Virus record (IMG/VR): IMGVR_UViG_3300037466_003849
Location: 8,122-72,121 of that record
From: a virus
Lineage: Duplodnaviria > Caudoviricetes
Reading direction: 5' to 3' (one strand)
Length of the DNA: 64,000 nucleotides
The notes under the pieces are model-generated. The model saw nothing but the letters and a program-made list of their open reading frames with translations. It had not been told where the DNA came from and searched no databases. Positions 1 to 8,463 of this stretch are shown here, piece by piece (the first letter of the stretch is position 1; the number at the start of each line of letters is the position of its first letter). A program made the position numbers and the translations under genes.

Positions 1-357
1 TCGTCGGCTGTCGCCGACGGCCCAGCAGATGACGAAGATGATCATCGTGACGAGGAAGGCCACACCGAGAACTCGCCGGGGCTCGAAGGCGTCGATGGCG
101 CGCAGGGCTACGACACTGAAGCATCCGTAGGCGAAGACCATCAGCGACATCGTCGCCAGCACGGCGATAGAGCCGGTGCTGTGGTTGGACTTGTCGGGGT
201 CGAACGCGGCATCGACGCTCGGAACGAGCAATGCCAGCACAATCGCGGCGAGACCCAGTGTGAAAACCCGTGAATTCAGTCCCGACCTGCGCCACCAGCA
301 CAGCCGAGTGACGAGGGCGGCCAGCAGGAGGACCGCTTTGAGAGCGCCGAGCAACAC
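1..357 (-). CDS. Membrane protein, runs off the left edge of the window
   Basis: Manual translation of the minus strand gives an open frame (VLLGALKAVLLLAALV...VLGVAFLVTMIIFVICWAVG) with about 4 hydrophobic segments. The GTG start at 357 is tentative. Confidence 0.6.
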   Translation of the reverse strand, partial: MLLGALKAVLLLAALVTRLCWWRRSGLNSRVFTLGLAAIVLALLVPSVDAAFDPDKSNHSTGSIAVLATMSLMVFAYGCFSVVALRAIDAFEPRRVLGVAFLVTMIIFVICWAVGDSRR

Positions 358-405
358 GAGCGCGATTGTAAAGCGGAACGCTGACTCTCAACTAGAGGTT
401 GCCGC

Positions 406-702
406 TCACCGGCCGAATACGTCGCCGTAGATCCTGGCCGCGTGGCTGCGCTGCCCGTCGGCGCTGTCGGCGAGCCGCTTCTTCGATGCGGTGAATATGG
501 CCGCCGCGGTGGTCTTGAGGACGGTAGCAATGTCGTCGAGCTGGACGGCGTTCACGACGCGGTGACCGGTCTCGATCTCCCGGTACGTCGTCTTGGTGAT
601 CTTGGCGGCGGTCCAGACCTCCTCCTGAGTCAGTCCGGCCGCCAGCCGCCGATCGCGGATCTCGTCGGCCATCGCGTAGACCAGGGGAGTGCGCCGTGCC
701 AT
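406..702 (-). CDS. XRE-family HTH transcriptional regulator
   Basis: IRDRRLAAGLTQEEV...TYREIETGHR is an HTH_3/XRE signature. Confidence 0.8.
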   Translation of the reverse strand: MARRTPLVYAMADEIRDRRLAAGLTQEEVWTAAKITKTTYREIETGHRVVNAVQLDDIATVLKTTAAAIFTASKKRLADSADGQRSHAARIYGDVFGR

Positions 703-849
703 TAGGCTAGCCTAACCTGTAACTCAACTGTCCAGTACTTACCAGTAGGTAACTGTAACCCCCGAAAAACGTTAATGAAATGCGTATTTTGGGGTGTTGC
801 GGTACCCGAAAACGGGTACTACAGTCGGTTTCACCTCCGATAAAGGAGG
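702..849. promoter_or_regulatory. AT-rich regulatory region with several palindromes upstream of the XRE gene
   Basis: TTAGGCTAGCCTAA at 702-715; TTACC-AGTA-GGTAA at 739-752; GTACCCG-AAAA-CGGGTAC at 802-819. Confidence 0.5.
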
Positions 850-959
850 ATACTTATCAGAGAAAAAACGCGCAGCTGAACGGCCGCCCCGTCGGGGGGC
901 GGTGGGCCGCAAGGGCGCGGGCCAAAGTGAAGCAGGGGTCAGGCGTGGACGGTTTGGGG

Positions 960-1136
960 ATGTACCACCGGGCGGCACCAGTGCCGATCGTCGCCATTCA
1001 GCGGATGCTCGAAGCCGGGCACGCCCACGCCGACGACGCCGAGCCGTCGCCGCCGCAGGATGATCCCGGAGGGTCAATCGTTCTCCTCAGCGAGATGAGG
1101 GAATACATCGCGTCGCTACCGGCGACGGCTGTCTAG
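960..1136 (+). CDS. Small protein with an excisionase-like C-terminus
   Basis: ATG at 960 within ORF 780..1136. Ends SIVLLSEMREYIASLPATAV. Confidence 0.4.
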   Translation: MYHRAAPVPIVAIQRMLEAGHAHADDAEPSPPQDDPGGSIVLLSEMREYIASLPATAV

Positions 1137-1726
1137 TCTGGCGTCGACAGGAACTGAGCAACAGCGCGGCCGACCTCATGGGCCGTTTTGAGGTCGACAC
1201 CACGAGCCTCGCCGAACGTCTCAGCTGAGGCGTTGATCAAGCGCCACATCGCTTCTTTCATGGTCTCGTTGGATACTTCGCCAGCCTCCCACTGGTTCAA
1301 TGCGGTGGCGGCAATGTGTGTCAATCCGATCTGACTCAGCAGCTTCTTTTCGCTGACGCGATCGAGGTGGGTTGCGACCCCTGGCCCCGCTGCCGTCTGG
1401 ACAAACGTCATCTGCGCGGCCAGTGGCATGTCCGGCCGCGCAGGGTCTGTGCGAGGGATCAGATCCTCGACCTCGCCATCCAAAAAAGCGTTGAGTGACC
1501 CCGGCTCCAGGCCGAACACGCCCTCTATCTCCGACAGCATCTTGTCACTGGGGGTGCCCAGTCTTTTGTTGGGGATGTGGCCGTTCTCTATAGCGCTCTG
1601 GAAGGTGACAGAAGGACCTCCCGCCTTCTGTATGTCCTTCTGGGGCAGTCGTAAGACCTCTGTTCGTCGCTTACGCAGAAGTTTGCCCAGCTCTGCCCAA
1701 CGGGCCGTGGATTCCATGTTCTCCAT
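1133..1726 (-). CDS. Immunity repressor (CI-like, XRE HTH)
   Basis: LGKLLRKRRTEVLRLPQKDIQKAGGPSVTFQSAIENG...LEPGS is typical of actinophage repressors. Divergent from the cro-like gene. Confidence 0.8.
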   Translation of the reverse strand: MENMESTARWAELGKLLRKRRTEVLRLPQKDIQKAGGPSVTFQSAIENGHIPNKRLGTPSDKMLSEIEGVFGLEPGSLNAFLDGEVEDLIPRTDPARPDMPLAAQMTFVQTAAGPGVATHLDRVSEKKLLSQIGLTHIAATALNQWEAGEVSNETMKEAMWRLINASAETFGEARGVDLKTAHEVGRAVAQFLSTPD

Positions 1727-1897
1727 CGTCTCAGACAGCCATAGACAGGTCTAGCACCTGCTGGGAAATCCCAGTTTGCAATTTCTCACACGGCGTGTCG
1801 ATCTATTTACCCAGGTCATCGGCACTTCTGTAAGTTTCTGTCTATCTATGCGGGTTTCTGTTTGCCAGGCCCAAACCTGTCTTGTACTGTCCTTCAT
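1727..1897. promoter_or_regulatory. Lysis/lysogeny switch: rightward SigA promoter and phased operator-like repeats
   Basis: -35 TTGCCA at 1862-1867, 17-bp spacer, -10 TACTGT at 1885-1890, just before the GTG at 1898 (probably leaderless). CTGT(CT)/AGACAG motifs at 1733, 1743, 1828, 1838, 1858, 1877, 1887. Palindrome CTGGGA-AA-TCCCAG at 1761-1774. Confidence 0.7.
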
Positions 1898-2161
1898 GTG
1901 GCCGACAGAGCAACCGGCCCGCAAGTACGAATCCGAGACATACGAGTAGCCCACGGACTGTCGTTGACGCAGTTGGCCCAGCGCATCCGGGGGAACGGCG
2001 TAAGCGTTCATCCAGATCACCTGGGAAACGTCGAGCTCGGCTACAAACGGGCATCCCCTCATCTCCTCCACGCCTGGGCTGCGGCCCTGGGCATTCACCC
2101 TCTCGACGTGTGGCAGCCGCCGCGCGTGTCCACTCCCCAAGACGCCGACGACGCGGCGTAG
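1898..2161 (+). CDS. cro: Cro-like HTH regulator
   Basis: IRDIRVAHGLSLTQLAQRI...HLGNVELGYKRAS HTH; first gene of the rightward operon opposite the repressor. Confidence 0.75.
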   Translation: MADRATGPQVRIRDIRVAHGLSLTQLAQRIRGNGVSVHPDHLGNVELGYKRASPHLLHAWAAALGIHPLDVWQPPRVSTPQDADDAA

Positions 2162-2183
2162 GACATTCAGGACGGAATTCGCT

Positions 2184-2699
2184 TTGAGCACAGGATTTTT
2201 CGGCATCGCCGTCTACCACCCTAAGCACGAGGTCAACGTCGGCACGTTGTGGAGATCGGCGATGACTTACGACGCCGCCCTCCTGGCCACCGTCGGCCGC
2301 CGGTACCGATCGCAGGCATCCGACACCTGCAAGGCGCCGAAATCCATTCCCCTGCAACACTTCGCCGACATCGACGCCCTCATCGAGGGTCTGCCTCACA
2401 GCTGCCCGCTGATCGGCGTCGAGCTCGACTCCCGCAGTGAGGATCTCGAATACTTCGAGCATCCCGCCCGCGGCCTCTACCTCCTCGGCGCCGAAGACCA
2501 TGGCCTCCCGCCCGAGATTCTCGATCGCTGCCACCGGGTCATCAAGGTCGAATCCGCGGAGCCTTGGTCACTCAATCTCGCCGTCGCCGGTTCGATCGTC
2601 ATGCGCGACCGCTACATCAAGACCCAGACTCGCAGCCTGGTCACCGCCGCCGAGATGCGCGCCTACGCCGCCAGCCTGCCGACCACGATGGCCAGCTGA
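2184..2699 (+). CDS. SpoU/TrmH-family (SPOUT) RNA 2'-O-methyltransferase
   Basis: SPOUT motifs NVGTLWRS, LGAEDHGLP and SLNLAVAGSI. Confidence 0.85.
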   Translation: MSTGFFGIAVYHPKHEVNVGTLWRSAMTYDAALLATVGRRYRSQASDTCKAPKSIPLQHFADIDALIEGLPHSCPLIGVELDSRSEDLEYFEHPARGLYLLGAEDHGLPPEILDRCHRVIKVESAEPWSLNLAVAGSIVMRDRYIKTQTRSLVTAAEMRAYAASLPTTMAS

Positions 2700-2700
2700 C

Positions 2701-2934
2701 ATGTGGGCGCAGCGCTCCGCGGAGGAGTTCCTCCGCGACAACGGTGAGAACTTCACCAACGACGACCTGATCGCCATGTCCGAGCACTACGAGTCGCTCG
2801 CCTGCTTCGGCCAGTTCACCAGTCTGCGCGAATACGAACAGGCATTCCGGCGCTGGGTCATCTCCATCCACGTCTGTTGCACCGCACGCACACCCCGAAG
2901 GGACTGGGTCCATGTCACCGACAACGCTGCCTGA
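2701..2934 (+). CDS. Hypothetical protein
   Basis: ATG at 2701, operon-packed between its neighbours. Confidence 0.5.
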   Translation: MWAQRSAEEFLRDNGENFTNDDLIAMSEHYESLACFGQFTSLREYEQAFRRWVISIHVCCTARTPRRDWVHVTDNAA

Positions 2935-3289
2935 CCCCGCGCAGATCGTCGAGAAGGTCCGCGAGATCGTCGCGACCCGGCCCGACTTCGTCTACTCCTT
3001 CACTGATGCCGAGGGCAAGGCGAAGTGCTACTACTTCGTGGACGGCCAGCCCTCCTGCATCGTCGGCCACGCCCTCGCCGCATTCGGTGTTCCCGCAACG
3101 ATTTTCGAGCGCGACGGCGGCGAGTACTACGTCAACGGCCTCAGCATCGACCGCCCGCAGGTGCTCAAGATCCTGGGCTGGCCGATGAGCCGCCTCGTCG
3201 AGTGGCTGCGCACCGTCCAGGTTGGCCAGGACTCCGGTTACACCTGGCGCAAGTCGGTCGACAACGCCGACGAGTACTTCCCCCTCTGA
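2912..3289 (+). CDS. Hypothetical protein, paralog of 3347..3760
   Basis: Phage-like codon usage; motifs SCIVGHAL and WLRTVQVGQDSGYTW. Confidence 0.75.
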   Translation: MSPTTLPDPAQIVEKVREIVATRPDFVYSFTDAEGKAKCYYFVDGQPSCIVGHALAAFGVPATIFERDGGEYYVNGLSIDRPQVLKILGWPMSRLVEWLRTVQVGQDSGYTWRKSVDNADEYFPL

Positions 3290-3346
3290 TCCACGCCGCC
3301 CGGCGCTCTTTCTCCACACACCCCGAATTCGAAAGTGGGTACCCCT

Positions 3347-3760
3347 ATGTCGAAATACCCCAACATTTCCGCTGGTGATGTCGCGGTCAGAATGATCGAG
3401 ATCGCGGCCGAAAACCCCAGATTCGCCTACGACCCGCCGGGGGAATTCCTCTACATCGAATTCGGCCAGGACAACAAGAAGGTCGGTTCGTGCCTCGTCG
3501 GCCGCGCGCTCGTCGACCTCGGCGTCGACCCCGACGACATCGTCGAAGGCTGGAGCGCTTCGGCCACGCTGGGGCGCCTCGGCATTCGCGTGACATTCGC
3601 CGACAACCCGAACACCATGCGGTGGATCACCTGCGCCCAGGCGCACCAGGATCGCCGCACGACGTGGCACACCGCCATCCAGCAGGCCAACAGCTTCTTC
3701 CCGAACGTCGCCGAGAAGCTCGCCGAGAAGATGGCGCTCAAGGCCGCGGCGGCGAAGTGA
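3347..3760 (+). CDS. Hypothetical protein, paralog of 2912..3289
   Basis: Motifs SCLVGRAL and WITCAQAHQDRRTTW. Confidence 0.75.
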   Translation: MSKYPNISAGDVAVRMIEIAAENPRFAYDPPGEFLYIEFGQDNKKVGSCLVGRALVDLGVDPDDIVEGWSASATLGRLGIRVTFADNPNTMRWITCAQAHQDRRTTWHTAIQQANSFFPNVAEKLAEKMALKAAAAK

Positions 3761-3867
3761 TGGCGTACTCGGATTCCGATTCCGTCGGCGGATTGTTCGC
3801 CGACCTGATCATCGGCTTCGCAATTCTCTCGCTCGGCATCGTCGTCCTCGTCCTCTCCGTCATCTGA
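3760..3867 (+). CDS. Small membrane peptide
   Basis: TGATG coupling with the upstream gene; single hydrophobic helix LIIGFAILSLGIVVLVLSVI. Confidence 0.6.
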   Translation: MAYSDSDSVGGLFADLIIGFAILSLGIVVLVLSVI

Positions 3868-3875
3868 GGTATTCC

Positions 3876-4379
3876 GTGAATCCATTCACCGTCGTCGAAG
3901 ACGACTATTCCGTCGATTGGCAGCACCGTTCCCGGTGCGCCCGGCACCCGAAATACTGGAATGTCGACAACCTGCCTGACGGCAAGGACGGCTTCGCCAT
4001 CGCGAAGGCGATGTGCGAGCCCTGCCCCGTCGCTCGGCAGTGCGCGCAGTTCCACAGGGACAACTCCACCGGCATCGGCCACGTCGTGGCGGGCCTGGCG
4101 CTGGTCGCCGGGCGCCTGAACAAGCAGCTCGCCGCGCAGCATCTGGCAGCCGTCGCCTCCGGCGTTCCGATCTCGGACTCCCTCAAGGCCGTGTACGCCG
4201 ACGCCGTCGCCGACCAGCACGTCAAGTACTGCGCCGACCCCGACTGCGGACATCCGATGATGACGCGCGACCGCTGGCTCGCCGCGGGCGGTCCGACCGA
4301 ATATCGCAAGGTCGGCGGCCACGGTCTGTGTCAAGCCTGCTACGCCCGTGCGCGCTACCACGAGGAGCGGGCGAGCTGA
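3876..4379 (+). CDS. WhiB-like Fe-S transcription factor with an extra C-terminal Cys-finger domain
   Basis: DWQHRSRC...AKAMCEPCPVARQCAQF WhiB Cys pattern, followed by CADPDC...GLCQACY. Confidence 0.75.
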   Translation: MNPFTVVEDDYSVDWQHRSRCARHPKYWNVDNLPDGKDGFAIAKAMCEPCPVARQCAQFHRDNSTGIGHVVAGLALVAGRLNKQLAAQHLAAVASGVPISDSLKAVYADAVADQHVKYCADPDCGHPMMTRDRWLAAGGPTEYRKVGGHGLCQACYARARYHEERAS

Positions 4380-5227
4380 TGACGGAGGAGATACAGCTGC
4401 CGTCGATGGCCGAGATCCTCGCCTTCGACCCCATGGCGCAACTCGAAGCGGACTTGAGGGCGGCCGTCGCCTACCGGGTCTACAACTCCCCGCGGTCGCT
4501 CCAGAAGGAGCTCGGCCCGTCGGAGGTCGGCCACCCGTGCCCGCGGCGGATCGCCTTCGGCCTCATGGCCGCCCCCGAGGTCGCTCCGCGCTTCGACCCG
4601 CTGCCCAGCGCGGTCGGCACCGGCGGACATGACTTCTTCGGCGGCGCCTTCGAGATGGACAACGAGCGCATCGGCGAGCAGCGCTGGCTCGTCGAGGATC
4701 GGGTCAACCCCTTCGGCTCGACCGAGGGCAACTCCGACCTGTTCTGCACGCGCTACGGCACCGTCGTCGACCACAAATTCCTCGGCCTGGACAAGATCAA
4801 GCACGCCCGCAAACACGGCCCGCGGCGCGTCTACATCAACCAGGTACAGACCTACGGCCTGGGCCAGCTTCGCAAGGGCCGCCGGGTGGAGCGCGTGGCG
4901 ATCTGGATGCTGCCCCGCGGCGGCCTGCTGGCCGATGCCTATCTCTGGTCGGCCCCGTTCGACCCGAAGATCGCCGAGTGGGTCGACCGGCGCCTGGCGA
5001 CGATCACCGCACTGTGCGTCGACCTCGATGTGGAGCACCACCCCGAGCGCTTCCAGGACATCCCGCTCGACACCTCCGACTGCTCCTTCTGTGGATGGAA
5101 GGTCAAGCACCCGGTCGCCGGGCCGCACTGCATCCCCCCGACGAAGAAGAAGGCCGAGGAGCCCAGCATTCCCGACTCCGCAGCGGGTGAAACTGCGGAA
5201 CCCACTACGACAGAAGGAAATTCATGA
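4379..5227 (+). CDS. Cas4/RecB-like PD-(D/E)xK exonuclease
   Basis: GPSEVGHPCPR, GNSDLF, VVDHKF, QVQTYG and C-terminal CSFC...HC motifs. Confidence 0.8.
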   Translation: MTEEIQLPSMAEILAFDPMAQLEADLRAAVAYRVYNSPRSLQKELGPSEVGHPCPRRIAFGLMAAPEVAPRFDPLPSAVGTGGHDFFGGAFEMDNERIGEQRWLVEDRVNPFGSTEGNSDLFCTRYGTVVDHKFLGLDKIKHARKHGPRRVYINQVQTYGLGQLRKGRRVERVAIWMLPRGGLLADAYLWSAPFDPKIAEWVDRRLATITALCVDLDVEHHPERFQDIPLDTSDCSFCGWKVKHPVAGPHCIPPTKKKAEEPSIPDSAAGETAEPTTTEGNS

Positions 5228-5943
5228 AGACGATGCAGCAGATTCTGTTCGGCGGCAAAGGCCCCAAGGCGGCGTTCGCCAAGGGTGACCCGATCGGCCT
5301 GGAAGTCGGCGGCACCGTCGTCGGCGCGCCGATCGTCCGGCAGTCGACGGATCTGGCCACCGGTCAGCCGGAGACCTGGCAGGACGGCAATCCGAAGACG
5401 GAAATCGTCGTCGTCGTGCAGACCAATCTGCGCGAGAACGCCGACGACGACGGCCAGCGGCGCTTCTTCCTTCGGGAGTCCTCCGACCAGCTGCGCGCGG
5501 TGAGCGCGGCGCTCGCCGCAGTCGGCGCCCCGGAGATCGAAGAAGGTGGCTACCTGTCGATCAAGTACACCGGCGACGGCGTCGCCCCGCGGCCGGGGTT
5601 CAACGCTCCACGGTTGCACACCGCCACCTATCAGCGGCCGAACCCGCAGGCGCGGCTGCTCCAGCAGCAGCCGGTGCAGCAGGTCCAGCAGCAGGTGCAG
5701 TACGCGCAGCCGCAGTACGTCCAGCAGCCGGTGCAGCAGCCCGTCCAGTACGTGCAGCAGCCGCAGCAGGTGGCCCAACAGCCGGTCCAGCAGGTCGTCC
5801 AGCAGCCGGTGATGCAGCAGCAGCCGATGCAGCCGACCGCGGGCCAGCAGCTCGCCACCGACTACGCCCAGCAGTCCGTGGCCAACGCCGCGGTGGCGGC
5901 CGTCGAGGCGCTCGCCGACCAGCAGAACAACTACCCCGGCTGA
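5224..5943 (+). CDS. Putative ssDNA-binding/recombination protein with Gln-rich tail
   Basis: Follows the exonuclease; N-terminal beta-rich domain (GQPETWQDGNPK) and QQPVQ-repeat C-terminus. Confidence 0.55.
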   Translation: MKTMQQILFGGKGPKAAFAKGDPIGLEVGGTVVGAPIVRQSTDLATGQPETWQDGNPKTEIVVVVQTNLRENADDDGQRRFFLRESSDQLRAVSAALAAVGAPEIEEGGYLSIKYTGDGVAPRPGFNAPRLHTATYQRPNPQARLLQQQPVQQVQQQVQYAQPQYVQQPVQQPVQYVQQPQQVAQQPVQQVVQQPVMQQQPMQPTAGQQLATDYAQQSVANAAVAAVEALADQQNNYPG

Positions 5944-5959
5944 GCCGGAATCGCTTCTC

Positions 5960-5983
5960 ACCGCGGCGCTTCGGCGTCGCGGT
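5960..5983 (+). terminator. UUCG-capped hairpin (terminator or processing site)
   Basis: ACCGCGGCGC-TTCG-GCGTCGCGGT, 10-bp stem with one G-T pair. Confidence 0.5.
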
Positions 5984-6003
5984 GGGGGCGGCGAAAGGGA
6001 TTC

Positions 6004-6177
6004 ATGTACAGCGTTCGCATCGAAGTGAAGGCGTTCGGAGCTGATCTGGATGTACGGGTCGATGACAAGTTCGCGGCGTACGGCGAGGACGACGCCGATG
6101 TCATCGAGAGCCTGCTCTCCGATGCCTCCGCACGCGTCCGGCAGGCATACGGCATCCCGGTTCACCAGGAGAAATGA
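6004..6177 (+). CDS. Small hypothetical protein
   Basis: MYSVRIEVKAFGADLDV...; AAAGGGA RBS; ATGA overlap with the clamp gene. Confidence 0.55.
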   Translation: MYSVRIEVKAFGADLDVRVDDKFAAYGEDDADVIESLLSDASARVRQAYGIPVHQEK

Positions 6178-7286
6178 TGGATTTCTCCGCTGACCACGCC
6201 GCCTTCACCGGCGCCGTCATCGCCGTCGGCCGGGCGGTGCCGGTCAATCCGATCCAGCCCGAGCACGGTGGCATCCTCCTCGACGCCGCCGACGGCACCG
6301 TCGCGGTCCGCGCCTACGACCTGGAGACCGCGATCACCCGGCGCATCGACGCCGACGTGGTCACTTCCGGCCGGGTGCTCGTCTCCGGCCGCCTGCTCGC
6401 TCAGGTCGGAAAGGTGTTGCCGCGCAAGCCGGTTCACGCCAAAGTGCGCGACGCACAGCTGGCCATCCAGGCCGGTAACAGCGTCTTCGGCCTGCCGTTG
6501 ATCCCCGAGGGCGCCTACCCGGCGCTGCCGGAACCCAGCGGCGTGGCGAGCACAGTCGACGGAGAACAGTTCGCCGTCGCGGTGGATCGGGCGTGCTCGG
6601 CGCTTACCGGCGCCGACGCCGCGGTGCTCAAGAGCCTGTTCGGCGTGCGCCTGGAGGCCGAGGGCAACCGGCTCACCGTGCTGGCGACCGACCGCTTCCG
6701 CATGGCGGTGGAGGAGATCGCCTGGGACGGGCCGGAGATGGCGGTCCTACTGCCCGCCGAGGCGCTCAACGCGGCGGCGAAGGCGATCGAGCCCGGCCCG
6801 GCGACGCTGCACGTCGGCCGATCGTTCGGATTGACCTCCGGCGCAACGACTTCGACGATGCGCGTGCTCGACCAGGGTTACCCGCCCTGGAGCAAGGTAC
6901 TCGCCGCGCCGCACGTGGCCATGGTCGTCGTCGACCCGGCCGAGCTGTCGGCGGCGCTGCGCCGCGTCGAGGTTGTCTCCGGCAAGTTCCCGCACGTCCT
7001 GTTGTCAGTTGGAAACAGCGAGATCCAGATCTCGGCCGCCAGGACCACCGACGTGCGGGGCGAGGCCGCCGAGATCGTCGAGTGCGAGGTCACCGGCGAT
7101 CCGATCTCGACCAAGATCAACGGCGAGTACCTGCGGTCGATGATCGCCGCGCTGCGATCGGAGCACCTGTCGCTCGGCTTTTCCTCGCCACCGAACCGCC
7201 ATCCGGTGCTCGGCTTCCCCCTTGAGGTCCGCGACCTCGAAAAACCTGAAACCCCAAGGGTATTCGCAGTAATGCCCGTCCGATAG
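6174..7286 (+). CDS. dnaN: DNA polymerase III beta sliding clamp
   Basis: 370 aa; RAYDLE, LVSGRLL, LATDRFRMA and INGEYLRSMI motifs of the beta clamp. Confidence 0.9.
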   Translation: MMDFSADHAAFTGAVIAVGRAVPVNPIQPEHGGILLDAADGTVAVRAYDLETAITRRIDADVVTSGRVLVSGRLLAQVGKVLPRKPVHAKVRDAQLAIQAGNSVFGLPLIPEGAYPALPEPSGVASTVDGEQFAVAVDRACSALTGADAAVLKSLFGVRLEAEGNRLTVLATDRFRMAVEEIAWDGPEMAVLLPAEALNAAAKAIEPGPATLHVGRSFGLTSGATTSTMRVLDQGYPPWSKVLAAPHVAMVVVDPAELSAALRRVEVVSGKFPHVLLSVGNSEIQISAARTTDVRGEAAEIVECEVTGDPISTKINGEYLRSMIAALRSEHLSLGFSSPPNRHPVLGFPLEVRDLEKPETPRVFAVMPVR

Positions 7287-7294
7287 GAGACCTC

Positions 7295-7456
7295 ATGCCA
7301 CTCATCGAAGGACGCGTCGCCGAGTGCACCGTCGGCCACGAGGGCCGCCTGGTCGTCGAGGCGACCATTACCGGCGGCGACGAGCTCGACTTCCGGCCCG
7401 GCCGCCCGGTCGTGGTCCACCTCGACAAGCGCGACGACAGCGGGATCGAGCGGTGA
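7295..7456 (+). CDS. Small hypothetical protein
   Basis: AGGAG RBS; MPLIEGRVAECTVG...; GTGA overlap with the next gene. Confidence 0.55.
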   Translation: MPLIEGRVAECTVGHEGRLVVEATITGGDELDFRPGRPVVVHLDKRDDSGIER

Positions 7457-8343
7457 CCGAGCACGACCCCATCCACCCGGACACCTCCGAGCCCACGCCG
7501 GTCGAGATCGTCGCCGCGTTGTCGAAGGACGACCGGACGCGCCGGGTGCTTCACCTGATCGACCAGGCATACGCCATCTACGACGAAGCGATCGAAACCC
7601 ACCTCGACGACAAGCGTCTGGCCGCGTCGGCCGTGCTGTTCTCCGGCGGCAACGACTCGACAGTCCTCGCGCACCTCATGGCACCGCGGGCCACGCACGC
7701 GATCCACTGCAACACCACGATCGGCATCGAGGCGACGCGTCAGTTCGTACGCGACACCTGCGTAGAGCTTGGCCTGCCGTTGCTCGAGGAAACTGCGCCG
7801 GTGTCGTATCGAGACCTGGTGCTGGAGCGAGGATTCCCCGGACCGCCGCACCACTGGAAGATGTACCAGCGTCTCAAGGAGCGCGGGCTACGGCAGGCCC
7901 GGCGCAAGCTGGTCGCCAACGGCCGCCGAGAGCGCGTCGTGTTCATCGCCGGGCGTCGGCGTCAGGAGTCGGACCGGCGCAAGGAGATTCCGCTGCACGA
8001 GCGGATTGACTCGGTCATCTGGGCGTCACCGCTGGCGATGTGGACGAAGCTCGACATGATGACCTACCGGACCATTCACCCGGATGTTCCACTGAACGAG
8101 GTATCGCAGCTACTGCACATGTCCGGCGAATGCCTCTGCGGCGCATTTGCGAAGCCGGGCGAGCTCGAGGAGATCCGGGCGTGGTTCCCGGAGGTCGCCG
8201 CCGAGATCGACGCCATCCAGGAGGAAGTCCGGCAGGCGGGCATCTCGGGGAGGCGGGCCTGCTGGGGCCACGGCGGCGGTAAGGCGAGCAAGCGCGTCGG
8301 CGCGCTGTGCACCTCCTGCGAGGTGGCCAGTGCCGCGACCTGA
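7453..8343 (+). CDS. PAPS-reductase-like PP-loop protein
   Basis: FSGGNDS PP-loop, HCNTTIG, GRRRQESDRR, SPLAMWT, SGECLCG and terminal CTSC. Confidence 0.85.
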   Translation: MTEHDPIHPDTSEPTPVEIVAALSKDDRTRRVLHLIDQAYAIYDEAIETHLDDKRLAASAVLFSGGNDSTVLAHLMAPRATHAIHCNTTIGIEATRQFVRDTCVELGLPLLEETAPVSYRDLVLERGFPGPPHHWKMYQRLKERGLRQARRKLVANGRRERVVFIAGRRRQESDRRKEIPLHERIDSVIWASPLAMWTKLDMMTYRTIHPDVPLNEVSQLLHMSGECLCGAFAKPGELEEIRAWFPEVAAEIDAIQEEVRQAGISGRRACWGHGGGKASKRVGALCTSCEVASAAT

Positions 8344-8463
8344 ATCCGTCGGCGAGTCCGATCGCCAAGAGCTGCTGGCCGCCAAGCTGGCCGACCTGAG
8401 CACCGATCGCCGCGGCTACGAGTCCGAAGACACCAACGGCCCGACCTGGTACGACGAGAGAGG

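Noticed and set aside
4379-5227. CRISPR-associated Cas4
   Set aside because: Solo Cas4-like exonucleases next to SSB genes are common phage recombination genes; no other cas genes are present.
5660-5830. CAG-rich tandem repeat as a DNA element
   Set aside because: Explained by the QQPVQ low-complexity protein tail.
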